DNA of 47,307 bases, counting the filler, from Dimargaris cristalligena (Eukaryota): the NCBI GenBank assembly GCA_003614675.1. It is 2 parts of 2 records of this genome, joined end to end, with 100 filler letters (N's around TTAATTAATTAA, not from the genome) between each part and the next. Parts side by side here need not be neighbours in the genome. Positions count along the whole stretch, not along the records: positions 1 to 23,623 come from ML002606.1; 1 more part is not named here. One strand, 5' to 3'. Position 1 is the stretch's first letter. Every line of letters begins with the position of its first letter. A program made the position numbers and the translations under genes. Below, piece by piece: positions 1 to 12,500 of this stretch. Under the pieces are notes generated by a model. The model was given only the letters and a program-made list of their open reading frames with translations. It ran no database searches and was not told where the DNA came from.

Positions 1-1
1 A

Positions 2-223
2 TCCTCGGCATTGTCCATCCATATTCGCACACATACGGGTGAAAAACCCTTCAAGTGTAAATACGACGGGTGTGCTAAGCGATTCGCCGAAAGCTCCAAC
101 CTGACCAAGCACATGCGTGTACACACGGGCGAACGACCCTTCCGCTGTCCCGTGGAAACCTGCGCTAAAAAGTTTTCCCGGCCCGACCAGGTGGCGCGGC
201 ACCAGAAAACCCATTCGTCGTAG
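2..223 (+). CDS. C2H2 zinc-finger transcription factor, 3' end (gene begins upstream of window)
   Basis: Open frame from position 2 reads [71 protein letters not shown]. It contains tandem CxxxxC...HxxxH fingers with canonical TGEKP/TGERP linkers. Confidence 0.93.
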   Translation, partial: SSALSIHIRTHTGEKPFKCKYDGCAKRFAESSNLTKHMRVHTGERPFRCPVETCAKKFSRPDQVARHQKTHSS

Positions 224-1905
224 AGGGCGTTCATTCGTGAAGTGTGGGTACGGGGCGCGAGTGAGGGTCCAGCACCAAGTCCAGTCTGTAAGGCCTCGAT
301 GGATCACCCCTTTGGTTTATTTACTCGCCGCTTTGGGCCCGTTGGTCTTTAGTCTTTCCGGCCTTTTTTTAATTATTTTTAACAGCCTACCTTCACGCTA
401 AGTCGTTTCCCATTCCCATCAAGTGCCATACTACCACTGCCTCCCATCATTTGTACCCATTACGTCCACCATCCGTGTCATTTGCATATCAGCCGTGACC
501 AGCCGGGTCCTGTAATCCGTACATTAACCTGTATTCCTACCTTCATCAACTGATTTCTGTTTTATATATTTATATACTATAGTCCATGCTCATCCTTCCC
601 ATATAACTTACCCTCAGAAGCCATTATTGGTAATTTTCTTCTATCCTACCTAGTCACGACGCGCCATTTAATTACTATTATATCTGTACTATGTGTACTC
701 TTTAGTTTTTCCATCCTATCATTCCATTCCTACGTGCAAACATCACCAAGTACCCTGCACTTCCTAAATACCATCTAGCATTGATTTTTTCTATGATTCA
801 GATCGCAGTTCCATTTATTGTTTTTTATTTCCTATATGTTCCCATCGGATTGGTAATGGAGAAGAAGGCCTTCTCCAATTTCCACTTTTCTTTCCTTTAA
901 TACCACACAATTTAACCTTTTCATTGCACAGTAAATAGCATACCTCGAGTAAGTTTACTCTTTTAATTACCTATTTCCTTGGTATCTACCCTATCCCAAT
1001 TGCAACGATCATTTTGAATGCACTGCTTTCCCTGGGTGGCGGCTATATTCGTCTAGAGGCAACCTGGTCCCTCTATTATTTGATGCATCGTTTGATTTTT
1101 TATTTACATACTTTCGGTTTTAATAGTATATTGGTTTTTTCTAATCAGCGCTCTTCTGATTGACAATGATTTCATCAAGTTTCGTTTTCGTTTTCGCTAT
1201 TGTACACCTCTAATAAATAACCTAATTCATAACACAGTGGTATTTGTGATATATCAAGGAAATTGAAACTAGTCCCGAATTTGTCTCTTAGTTGGGATGT
1301 GGCTGTCCTTTTTATTTTTTTCTCGAAAGGTATCATTAGTCAATTGAACATGCGCTCTGTTCGGCAATGTGATAATTATCCGAGTCGTGCTTTCGACGAA
1401 ATGTACGGAAATATAGAGTAGCTGCTGCTCCTAATTCGATTTTAAATCATAATTTTCAATTCAATTCAATTGCATGAAACCCTGAAACCAACCGAGCGCA
1501 TTTAAAGGAAAAGGAGTGTTTATGTATCATGAATTTGCGGTTATAGTTTGGTTGTAACAACCAGGCCCGCCAAAATGTGATTTAGTATACAATAAGCGCA
1601 GTCAATTACAGAAAGAAGGGGTTATTTTTTTCTGAATGAAGGCATGGTGGAGTGATAAATCTTAAATATTAATAGCCTATATAAAAAATAAAGCGAAGCA
1701 CATAATTATAAATACAACAACGGGATTGGTCAATCGAAATAATATTAAAATGCAAGTCGAGACTATCATTTCGAAATGAGAAAAATATGCATTGCTTCGC
1801 AACTATAGTTACTTCTCACTCGGTTTTCTCATTGACGTCATTGGCACCAATTCCCATTCCGGGTTCATCATTAGTGCCATCCATCTCGTCCGCTGTGCTA
1901 ATCTT

Positions 1906-4900
1906 TTATTCGTCTTCGTCTTCCTCCTCGTTCTCGGTTTCGTTATGGTTCTCGTTCTCGTACTTTGATACTCCCGGTTGATCTACCGTCATTGGCGAGT
2001 CCACATGATCCACCATACCCTCCTCGCCCATTCCCTTCCTCTGCTCGGCAGTTTCCGGTTCCATGGCGATTGAACCAGGGGCTATATTAGACAGTTTAAT
2101 ACCACCTTCTCGGCTAGCCGATTCCCCGGTTATATTCTCCGGTTGCCACCCAACCGGGGGATTATAACCATGTCGATGCGTAGGATCATCATCATCATCA
2201 CCACCTGTGGGAGTATTTGGGGCAGTGGCAATAGCTGCCGTCGGGGCAGCGGAAGTAGGGTCTCCCAACGAATGATCTAAACGCTGGAGAAGGTGTAGGA
2301 CCTGGTCCCGAAAGGCCGTAGCTAAGGCGATCTGTTCGTTTTGGTGATCCCGGGCTTCACGTTGGAGGTTGAGAAGGATGGTCACTGACTGGCCGATCGT
2401 TCCCAGGGTATTGTTAAGCGTGGTTTGCCGGGACGGGGGCCCAACGGAACCACCATCTGGGCCAGCCTCAACCACGACCTGTCCCGCTGGAAGCAAACCA
2501 AGGGCCGGGTCCCCATGGTCGGGACCGGAGTCCGATAGATGAGATAACGAGAACGACCGGGTCCGGGGGGTGGTCGTGGACCAGGAATTAACGGGAGGCA
2601 GTCCCGAGTGGACGCGGGAGGTTACTGGATGGGTGCTGGGTTTTAATTGGTATCCCGGCGTAGGTCGGTTAAATGGAGGGTAAGACAGAGGCGTTTCGCA
2701 GTTCTCGCCGTTCAGCCCACCTTCCTTTTCCCATTCGCCTTCCATTTGGGGTTCTGTTTCCGTTTCTTTTTTCCCAACATCCCGCCGCATGGTCACCGGG
2801 GGCGGGCCCTCCTCGTACGCGTCAAGCGCATTCGCTCTGGCGGAAGTTAGGCTGGACGGGGTCGAATGGGGGTCATTGTAGCAGTAGTAATTGGCCGGGT
2901 AGATAGGGGGCAGTACCCGAGCGGAATCGTTGCCTTGGATAGGTGGTAGTGGAGCTGCAACCTGGGTACTCTGGGTAGGCGATACGGAGCCTGCATAGCT
3001 GGTGTGGCGTGGACGGTAGTGGCGCTGCGGAGGAGGTGTAAATGGCCGCTGGTTCTCACCGGGATGGGATGATGATGAAGGGGGGGGTCCTACTGGTTGG
3101 GACGGACGGGGGCGGTGCGGATAAGGATGATGCCGATGCTGCTGCTGCTGATGATGTTGATGTTGTTGACGATAGTGGTGATGAGGTGGTTCCGATGGCG
3201 ACCCGTCCGACCGACCCGGTGGCCAAGCCGAACTAGGGGACCGGTGATATAAATCAAGGGGGGAAATCGAGTCCGGTTTGGACTGTCGCTCACGAAGGGA
3301 GGGTGGCGGTGGATAGGGCGTATAATAATAAGGTTGATGCTGCGAGCGGCCCAGGTGGCGGTGGTGGTGGTTGTTGTTGTTATGCGGCCTTTCGGAGTCC
3401 AATCCCGGCGGAGCTGGTCCCTTACCATCGTTACCTCCCACCAATCGACCGTTCGGGGCCCGGTAGGGTCCGGGGGATGCGGCGGGGTAGCCGGCCTGGG
3501 ATGGGTGGCGTTGATAGGGATGGGTATGGGGATGGGAGTTGCTGTAATGGTGGGGACGACTCCGATGGTCCGTGCGCACGGGGCCTCCACCCATGGGCAG
3601 AGGCAGCTGTAGAGGGGGGCGGTCGGTGCGCTCCCGTGGAATCTGGTGGAGGGGAAGCGAAGGATTAGCTTGCGACACTGGTCCAGTGTGTGCACTACCA
3701 GCATCACCCATATCCATCCTACCTATGTGAGGACCGGTGGTTTGGGATGCCGGAGCCGGAGGGGACGTTGAGGACACGGACGTGGTCCTTTCTGTAGTGG
3801 AAGGCCCACCATGCAGGGGAGTATTGGAAGCGGTGATAGTCGTTGACACAGTTGCAGTCTCATTGATTCGATAGTTAGCCCCGGGCGGAGTAGCACGACC
3901 AGTTCCGTTACGGAAATCCAGGGTCCTTTCCAATGGACCTAACGGTGTCGATGACGACGCTGACGTTGACGACATTGCCGAAGCTGAAACCGAAGACGGG
4001 AGTTTACTACTAGCCTCTAATTCATTTTCCCGCTCCAGTATCTTCTGGATTAGGAACGTGAACTCGAAATTCGAACTGGTTGGGTGGTTACCACCCCCCG
4101 GTGCCGATTGGGTTTGGGGTGGTTCACTATCCCCCCGGTCGCAGCTACTCCCCGGATGACCCGATGGGTGCTCCTCCCCCGTCAAACCGGCCGCCATAAT
4201 ACTCTGGCTGCTAGGCTGGGTTTTACACCCCAAAGCCGACTTCCGGTTATACTTCTTCCGTAGGTCCCGCAGTTGTTGTTTAACCTGGGCGGTTTCCCAA
4301 TTCCGCTGGCACACTTGGGACACTTCCTGGGCAATCAATTTCCAGTGGTGGTCTTGGTTCGTGATTTGGGGCATGTAAAAATGCACACACCGCAGCAGAA
4401 CCTCCTTTTCTTTGTACGTCCAGTTGGGACTGCGGGACGCCCGAGCTCGTTCAATCACAGGCGGCGGTTGTTTGGGGTGGTGGGTGGTGTATGGGTGTTG
4501 GTGGGCTGCTGAGACCAGGGCTGCGGTGGGGTGGGCCAGTGTGTTGACGGAGGCCGCTGGGGTTATAGTGGAGGTTGAAGTGCCGGGGACGCTGGGTGCG
4601 GAACGATAGTCAGAGCCGTTACTGCCGCCGTGGGCGGCCGGGGGTAGGCCGACCCTATCTACATCGGAATCCTGGACACCAACCTGGTTCGGAGGGAGGC
4701 CGAATGGATCCATTCGACCCGGTTCCGTGGCGGTGGTAGGAGGAGGAGTAGGACTAGTATTGGTAGGGGAGGAGGATCCGGAAATCCCGTTTTTGTCTGC
4801 GGGATAAGAACGGTGACCAATGTGCGTAGAAGATGAGGACACCGATGGCGGCGGTGATGACCGAGACGACGTCTGCAAACGGGGGGAGGACGACACCGAG

Positions 4901-5121
4901 CGTTGGTGTTGGTAGGGACTATGTCGGAAATGACGGTATTGATGATTCTGAAGGGGATGGTGTTTCTGGTGGTGGTGGTGCGGTTGGATGTGATTACGGG
5001 GGTGCTTGGGGAAAGGCAGTTCTTGTAAGGGCCGACTGTAGGTTTTGGGACTGGCAGAAGCGGACAGCGACATGGGGCCAGAAATAGATAGCCGGAGAGA
5101 GACCTGGGGAGAGTGCGACAT
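1906..5121 (-). CDS. Large, mostly disordered (Pro/His/Ser/Gln-rich) protein with a Myb/SANT-like (trihelix-type) DNA-binding domain
   Basis: 1071-aa intronless ORF. The segment RSPNWTYKEKEVLL...HHWKLIAQEV...RNWETAQVKQQLRDLRKKY has the spaced-Trp helix pattern of Myb/SANT-like domains. There is a predicted coiled-coil near the C-terminus and an acidic tail. Confidence 0.72.
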   Translation of the reverse strand: MSHSPQVSLRLSISGPMSLSASASPKTYSRPLQELPFPKHPRNHIQPHHHHQKHHPLQNHQYRHFRHSPYQHQRSVSSSPRLQTSSRSSPPPSVSSSSTHIGHRSYPADKNGISGSSSPTNTSPTPPPTTATEPGRMDPFGLPPNQVGVQDSDVDRVGLPPAAHGGSNGSDYRSAPSVPGTSTSTITPAASVNTLAHPTAALVSAAHQHPYTTHHPKQPPPVIERARASRSPNWTYKEKEVLLRCVHFYMPQITNQDHHWKLIAQEVSQVCQRNWETAQVKQQLRDLRKKYNRKSALGCKTQPSSQSIMAAGLTGEEHPSGHPGSSCDRGDSEPPQTQSAPGGGNHPTSSNFEFTFLIQKILERENELEASSKLPSSVSASAMSSTSASSSTPLGPLERTLDFRNGTGRATPPGANYRINETATVSTTITASNTPLHGGPSTTERTTSVSSTSPPAPASQTTGPHIGRMDMGDAGSAHTGPVSQANPSLPLHQIPRERTDRPPLQLPLPMGGGPVRTDHRSRPHHYSNSHPHTHPYQRHPSQAGYPAASPGPYRAPNGRLVGGNDGKGPAPPGLDSERPHNNNNHHHRHLGRSQHQPYYYTPYPPPPSLRERQSKPDSISPLDLYHRSPSSAWPPGRSDGSPSEPPHHHYRQQHQHHQQQQHRHHPYPHRPRPSQPVGPPPSSSSHPGENQRPFTPPPQRHYRPRHTSYAGSVSPTQSTQVAAPLPPIQGNDSARVLPPIYPANYYCYNDPHSTPSSLTSARANALDAYEEGPPPVTMRRDVGKKETETEPQMEGEWEKEGGLNGENCETPLSYPPFNRPTPGYQLKPSTHPVTSRVHSGLPPVNSWSTTTPRTRSFSLSHLSDSGPDHGDPALGLLPAGQVVVEAGPDGGSVGPPSRQTTLNNTLGTIGQSVTILLNLQREARDHQNEQIALATAFRDQVLHLLQRLDHSLGDPTSAAPTAAIATAPNTPTGGDDDDDPTHRHGYNPPVGWQPENITGESASREGGIKLSNIAPGSIAMEPETAEQRKGMGEEGMVDHVDSPMTVDQPGVSKYENENHNETENEEEDEDE

Positions 5122-8100
5122 GGTGCCCTGGGATAATCTCGACTATATATATATATAAGTATTTCTGGGTGAATGGGTGGGTGTGCGGGTAGGTATGGGT
5201 AGGTGTGGGTATCTACAAACGTGGACGGATATATATCTTCCAGAATTGCCCTGGAAGAAACGCGGTATGGGAAAGTAAGGCTACGACGTGTTTTAGCAAG
5301 GGGTGCCGAAGAATACAGTAGGCACAACCACTCGAAATTCCAGAATAATATCTAGGCTCTAAATGGGTGTGTGTGTAAGGAGGAGGAGGGGTTGTTGTTG
5401 GGTAAGTATGTACGTGCGCTTCGGTTTGCCGTTCTTACTCCCACCAAAATAAAACAATGGTCGACCAATAAATAGGGTATAAATGAATTGCTCCCTAGTA
5501 CGGCTAGCAATTTAAGCTGCAATCGGTCTTCTGACTGGCAGTAAACAAATAAGTGATGGTGGAGAGCTCTGCGGTACCTAGATAGTTCTCTAAGGTATTT
5601 CAAAGTAGCAGGTTGAACCGAAAAATAAAATAGAGAATTACCCCAAAATAGGGTAATAAAAAACGGGATTATCAATGATAGGTATATAGAATAAAGTACC
5701 GGAGTATAGCTGAATAAGCGAAAATGAGCTGGTGCAGGTGTGTGGATGTAAGAAAAGGAAAACGGGGCTTGAATAATAGGGTTGGGTAGCGCTGAAAATC
5801 GGATAAGATACTGAACTCGAACAGACCGAAGAATCGGAGGGTAAGTTGCTGGTGAATTAACGAACTTTTCGGAATATGGCAAGGCTAGCTGGGAGGGTTT
5901 AAATAATAATTAACCTAGAATTAAGTTAGGAGAAATAAAAAGACAACGATAACAACATAGAAGAGAGAACCGTTTTCTTTAGTATACCGGTAGATTATGG
6001 AAGTACAATGTGGAGCCCAGTCATAGAAACCCCTGGTTATTGAATTGCCATATCCAACTGAAAAATACAGCCATTGGTACATTTGACAGGTAAAGTTCGT
6101 ATCCACTACACCGGGGCACAAAGAAAAGTCAGCGGAGAGGAAGGTGGGCTAGGCCACAAAGTCGACGGAAGTCCTTCAAAACCCTACCGACAAGGCGGCT
6201 TACCATACACGCGGAATCCACCAACTTACCTGAATATGGAATAAGGAATACGGCGGCTGGGGGAAGGGGGATTGACACGCTATAGAATGGTACGATTTCC
6301 GAACTTCGATCATTCCCAGGAAATCCGAATGGTGGATGAAATGGGTATTAAGTGGCTAAGGATGTGTGAGTGGATAAAAGACACGGTAAGGGGGCAAATA
6401 AAGACATAATACCATTGTTTAGTACCTTTGGGCATTTTGATAAGGGAATGCCAATTGGGTGGAGTCGGTGGAAATATATAAACGTATATATTTATCAAAA
6501 GAGAGATGGGGCGCAGTGTTTTGTAACTGGGCTTTTAACAGCCACCATCCTGGTTCACTCCTCCACTGACACCCGGGGCAGGGTTCGGTAACCTCACAGG
6601 GAGTGGCTACCAGAAGAGTACAATAGAGTCGGGACGCCAGATGAGGCTACCGATGATTACAGAGACAGAAGGGGGGGGTTGTTACATGCACCAAAGCGGT
6701 CACGCACGGACTTACTCCTTAATGGATATGCAAGGCTGGATGGGGCGGAGTATAGTACAAGGCTCTGCTGCAATTTGGGCTGCGTTGGATTAATTAATGG
6801 ATATTAGGGAGAGCGCAATCAGGAGATGGCTACTAATCGCGGATAAGAAAATCAATATATTATAACCGTGAATGTCGAATAGGATAATGGTTAAACTTAA
6901 GTAGACGAGACAAGAAGGCGGAATTAAAGATAGAGTCCAAAAAAAAACACTTTATTTGGAAGCCGAAGTGACTAATCTTAAACTAAAGGGATAGCTCAGA
7001 AATAATCACTGCAAAGTTGATTGGATATGGTGGAAAATGGCAAGGGCAACAACCAAGTAAAGTGGTTACAATGTAGCCTGTAATATATCTATTTAAAAAA
7101 AAATCCGGTTAGTTGGAAAGCAGTTAGCGGATTGAAATGAACAAATGGCCTGGGGATATATGTGCAAATGTATGTATATCAGGAAATTATGGTAGAAACT
7201 AGCGAGACTGATATTCTCGTGATGGGCTTTGGATACTATCGGCGGTAATGTTAGTAAAGCGGTGCAGCGTGGTACGTCTTTATATGTCCAACACCGTCTA
7301 TAGCTGTAGTCCGACATGATGGGGAGCGGTTAATCGGAAGGGCGGGCTAATAGGGACGGTGTACACCCCAAGAGAACGAACGACGGAGAAAGAGGGTGAA
7401 GAACATAGGGAAGGGGAGTAGTAGAGAATAGGCGAATGGAGGAATACGGCGGAGGGAGTAGTGGTGAAACGAACGGAGAATCGCGAAACTTTTAAAGCAA
7501 TACAAAGGGTCACCAAGATAATCGTTCATATTAGTGTGTTCGCATAGGCGATAAAGCCCGCGTTATGGGGCTAGGAGTAAAAAAGTAAGGCGCAAACGGA
7601 CAGGGAAACGAGAATACGAAATAATCATAGGGAAGTTGAAATGATAATAGGGAAGTATCGACCGCCCGTATTCCCCATCCCATGTTTCCCCCTTCTCTTC
7701 CCCCCTCCCGCATCCCCTCTGCTTCACCCCATCATGCCCACCCTAGCGTCTAGCTGTTCGATACTAACTGAAAAGGTGATTATAAGGTGATTCGATGACT
7801 ATGCGTCTAGGGTTCGTCACAGCATTATCCTTAATTCCAATTACAAGCTTGCCGTGTGTATTATTGAGCAAATGCAGAGATGGTTAGACATGCCAATAAT
7901 GTCGAATGGTCAATTTCACCTTACCATCATACATCTACAATTGAGGGCATAAAAAAAACAATAGAGGCTGTGCACCAGGCACTTCGTTTCGCAAAAGCGA
8001 AAGACCCCGACCGAGGGAGAACGAATTCACGCTCTAGCCGAGTTCACCAGGCCTTCCAATTTCATCTTGTCCGCATTACGCATCCGTAGTTCCAACTAAC

Positions 8101-9265
8101 CGCGATTGAGGATGCCTAGGGACATATAGTCATTGGAAAGAAATAGAGAAGACGAGATAAAGACGGTTAGGAATGGCCTTTTTTGGCAGAGATAGGAGGA
8201 GAGAGAGTCTAGTCTGGGCTGGCCATTATCAGCATACCGCCAAACAATGAAATTGAAGACCCCGGTGACCATGAAATAGCAAGGTTCCAACCCCTTGGTC
8301 CCATTCAATTTCGAACTGCTCGACCTTACACAATGCGAGACAAATCATCCACGCACACACACATCCTCGCATCCCCCTATACACCCCTCCTTTCTTCTCC
8401 CCTTCACGGCTCGCCCTATTCGCCAGTTCTAGCGACCTACGCTGCATAGACCAGACGTTACACAGTCACTTAAATCTGGTGCACGAACTAAGCATTGGGA
8501 GAAGGGGATTGAGAAAGAGCTCAAAAATCTGGTGGATAGTGGCCAACTCCAAAATAGTTGATGCCAGCATTACTATCCACCATTTCCATCGTCACCCAAG
8601 TTGGTAGTGGTTTCTCAAAGTACCTCCACCTGCCCCTTCTTATCACATTGGTCCATTTTACTGGATACACCTAAATGTAGTAAACGTATACAATTAACAC
8701 GGTATAACACCATATACGGAGGGAGATGTTGGGGCAGTTTGGGTTTAAATATGGATGTACAAGAAATAAAGGCCCGTGCATGAACTTTAAACCGTAATAA
8801 TCGCATCCAATCCACCGATTAGCGACTACTTACAATGTCAAGAGAGTCATCTCTTTTCATTATGGATGGGCGGGAGGAGTATATATACGTGTGTGTATAT
8901 AGAGGCCCAAGCACGGGTTACACAGATCCCCACACGAACAGTAATTAAGGACCCCTTATCATCCCAACCGCTATACAAGACGAAAATGGTATGAATATGC
9001 TCTAAATATACAAACCAGGGTACAAAATACAAGAAAATAAAAAGCAACAAAGGTCTCTAACTAAAGAGTACAATTTAATAGTCATGAGGAAATGAAGTTG
9101 GTGTGCGCATGCGTCAAGACCAAATATGATTTCTATACAAGATTATATATATAAATAGATAATTACGAATAGTAATAGGTGGGTATGTAGGTGTACGAAA
9201 GGGGAGATTGAAAGTAGTCTACAGTGCAACATGACTAATGCAAACCGCAATAAAGTAGGACTTAG

Positions 9266-9297
<32 letters not shown>

Positions 9298-9514
9298 AAT
9301 GTGAAGAAGAGTATGGGAAGCAGTCGAGTCGACCGCCTCACCCAATAACAACCACCATAACTATAAACCATCAATGATAAATGGGAAATACCAGGGTCGT
9401 AAAGAGGGTGGATGGGTATGAAAATGAGAATGATAATAATGACAGTGATAAAAAGATTCGGATAGGAAGAGGGGAGCAAAAAGCACTCCTCCTGCACTTA
9501 ATATTCCCACCCAT

Positions 9515-12500
9515 CTAACCGGCCGTAAAGACCTTCACCACCGCGTCCGCACCGCCCGTCAATACCCACGGCCGCCTGGGATGCGCGCGCATACTCACAA
9601 TACCCTCGTCATTTTTCAGGCGGTGGGCCTCCTGGTGGTAGACACAGTTAAACGTTCGGCGATCCCACCACCGGAGAGTGCAGTCCGTACTGGCCGACAC
9701 CGTACAGTATCCCGTATAGTCTACATCAACAGTGGTCACGGCCTCAAGGTGAGCGTGTACCAGACCGATTTGCTTACCCGAGCGTAAATCAAGGAAGCGG
9801 AGTGTTTGGTCTTCCAGCGCGGCAACCAGGAGGGAATCGGAGGGGTAGACCGTGAGTTTGTTGATTTTGGCCCGGGAATACCCGTTGGCCGGGTCCAGTG
9901 CCATTTGGAGAGCACAGGTGCCATGGATTGTGTCGTACACCCGGATATGGGTGTTTTCGTAGCCGACCAGAAGTTGGTGGGGATTCGACGCGGGGAAGGT
10001 AACCGAAGTGGGAATGGCTAAGCTGCCCTCCGCTGCCGCCGATGGCGGTAAAGCAGCGTCGCCATTAGTATCGCTGGATTGGGCGTCGCTTCCCGGTAAC
10101 AGGTACAGGAATTGGTGCAGGGACGCCTCTGTGATATCCCGGGTGTTCCAGAGCCGGCAAGTACCGTCCGCCGAGATGGTTGCCATGGCATGGGGATCTT
10201 GGGGGTGCAGGGCAATTTCCCAGACCACGTTTTGGTGCTCGTCCATTTTCTGTTCACTAAAATTGAGCGAGGACGAGCCGGGCTGGTGGACATCGAGTGG
10301 TAGATCCCATACGCGCACGCGACCATCCGAACTCCCCGCGAAACAGCGGCGCTGCTTAGGGGAATAGGCCACTGCCGTGACCCGGTGGATCGAGCCGCGG
10401 AGATTGTAGAGGGAGGTGTAATCACTGCCGGACCGTCGCTGGGATTTATGGGAAGAGCGGGCCTTGTTCAAATCCCAGAGCTTGATCAGCCCGTCGTCCG
10501 ACCCCGTCACCACCAGTAAACTTTCGGGATCGATATCAATGGCACGAATGGGATCCAAGTGGCCGTACATAGCGCTGTGCATTTTCCACATGGGGAAGTT
10601 CCGAGCATCGGTCCGTGTGGATCGGTGGTTGGTATGATCGATGGGTTCCCCGCCATTAATTAGGGGGCGGGTAGGGGACGACGCTGAAGTTAGGACCATG
10701 GTGGTGGGGGAATTGGGGGTTAGGCCAGGCAGCTTGGACCCATTGGCCCCGGGCGGCGAGGTACTAACCCGATGGGCACTGGAAGGGTGGTGGGCTGACC
10801 GCGGGGAGCTCCGCTGGTTCGATGTTGATGAAGAGCGCAATTGATGAGCCGGGTGACCAGAGGGCTGGTGGGGCCCTGGATCAGTTTCCGTGGAGGAAGT
10901 AGTCAAGTCCCAAGCTGGTGATAACGATGACCGGGGTTTCATTGTGGATGACAGTAGGAGGGAATCAGTGGCGGTATCCGAATTATCACCATGGTTGGTA
11001 GGGGCAATAGCGACCGAAGCGTCAACAAACTCGTCGGGTGACAAAGGCCGACTCAACGAATCATCGCCATAAGCAACCGATATGGCCGCCAACTCCGACT
11101 GCTCAACCATACTATGGCTAGAGGTAGCAATGGTGCTAAGCCCCTCCGATTCCGATCGGCGCTGCGGCACACCTGGAGCGGTCAAGGATCTTGTCGACGG
11201 TGACGGCAATAGTGTTTGGTTCATTCCGGGTGTGAACGAGGTAGACCGCCGCTGGCTCACCCCCACTCCGGCAACCAAGGCTGGGGCGGATTGGGATGTA
11301 TGCAAGGCTGTCGAGATACCACTGATGGTCCGCGACTGCAAGGGACCCGGGATAAGCTTAGACATGAGCCGTTTCATGGATGATACGGACCGGCGGGACA
11401 CTGACCCATCGGTACCAATGGAGTCAGTTTCGCTCAGGGAATCTTGGGAATCCGTTGATTTACGGTTACGAACGGCGTAGAGCGACTTAGTGAGGCGGGC
11501 GGACATTTTGGCGGCGGCTGTGGAAGTCGTTGGTTTAGTAGGGTTTCCCGGGGTAGCGGCTGCTGGAGACGATGATAGTGGCAATTGGGAGGGGTGGTGG
11601 GGTCCGTTCGGGTCAGTTGGTAGCACAGTGGCCCGCCGTTTTCCGCGATTCTGGGCGTAGGATAACGTATCCTGGGAGTAGGGCATTTCGGGGATGACTG
11701 AGGCAGTTAGGGCCTGGGCCACTTTACTACTATGCATCCGGGAGGGCAATGTGGCGGAAGTTGCACCACCACCACCTACCATACCCAACGCCATAGTAAC
11801 GGGTGAATCCGCCGCCGACCGGACCGAGTACGTGCCTCCATGGGGCTGAGGGTTTAGATGACCGGGGGTTTCCGCAATCTGCTCGACAGGACAAATCCCA
11901 TTACTTTCTTCGTACACCTCTTCCCTCGCTTCGTCGGCATAGGGGTCCATATCTGGGTTGATCGGAGCTCCGGGCAATTCGGAAAACCGGTCGGGGTCGG
12001 GGCCATCCGCATTCAAAGATAGCTCCTCTCCTACGTCATCATCGGCTGCAATCATCGTCGGTCTATGTTCAGTCACCAGACCATTATCGCCGCGGGCAGG
12101 GGCCAATCCATTTATGGTGGTCGCCATGTTCCGATCAGTGGCGGCACCATTAAGCATAGGGACCGAAGGGATTGGTTCTGACGTAGGGACCGGGGCTAGA
12201 GTCGATGGTGACGGCGGAGGTGGCGGAAGTCGCACTGGATCAGTGGGTTGAAGGCGATCACGAGGGGCTAGGGGGATCATGCCGGGACTAGGGACAGAAG
12301 TGTTGCCGCTGGAACCGCCGATGACGCGTATGGGCACCGAATACATTTGCCACGCAATCCGTTCGACCGCCATAACATGGTGGTGCACCAAGTCTTTGAC
12401 GATATTAAAGTCGGTGGCGGGGGGCTGGGCTTCAATAAGACACTCGCGGGCGTGTTCCAGGCGGAGTTGAAAACTTTTAAGCGATGGCGGGGAGTCAGCC

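Noticed and set aside
5352-9497. Short hydrophobic ORFs in the long intergenic region (also 13473-14486)
   Set aside because: They are low-complexity translations of pyrimidine-rich UTR/promoter DNA, often with non-ATG starts and no domain signal.
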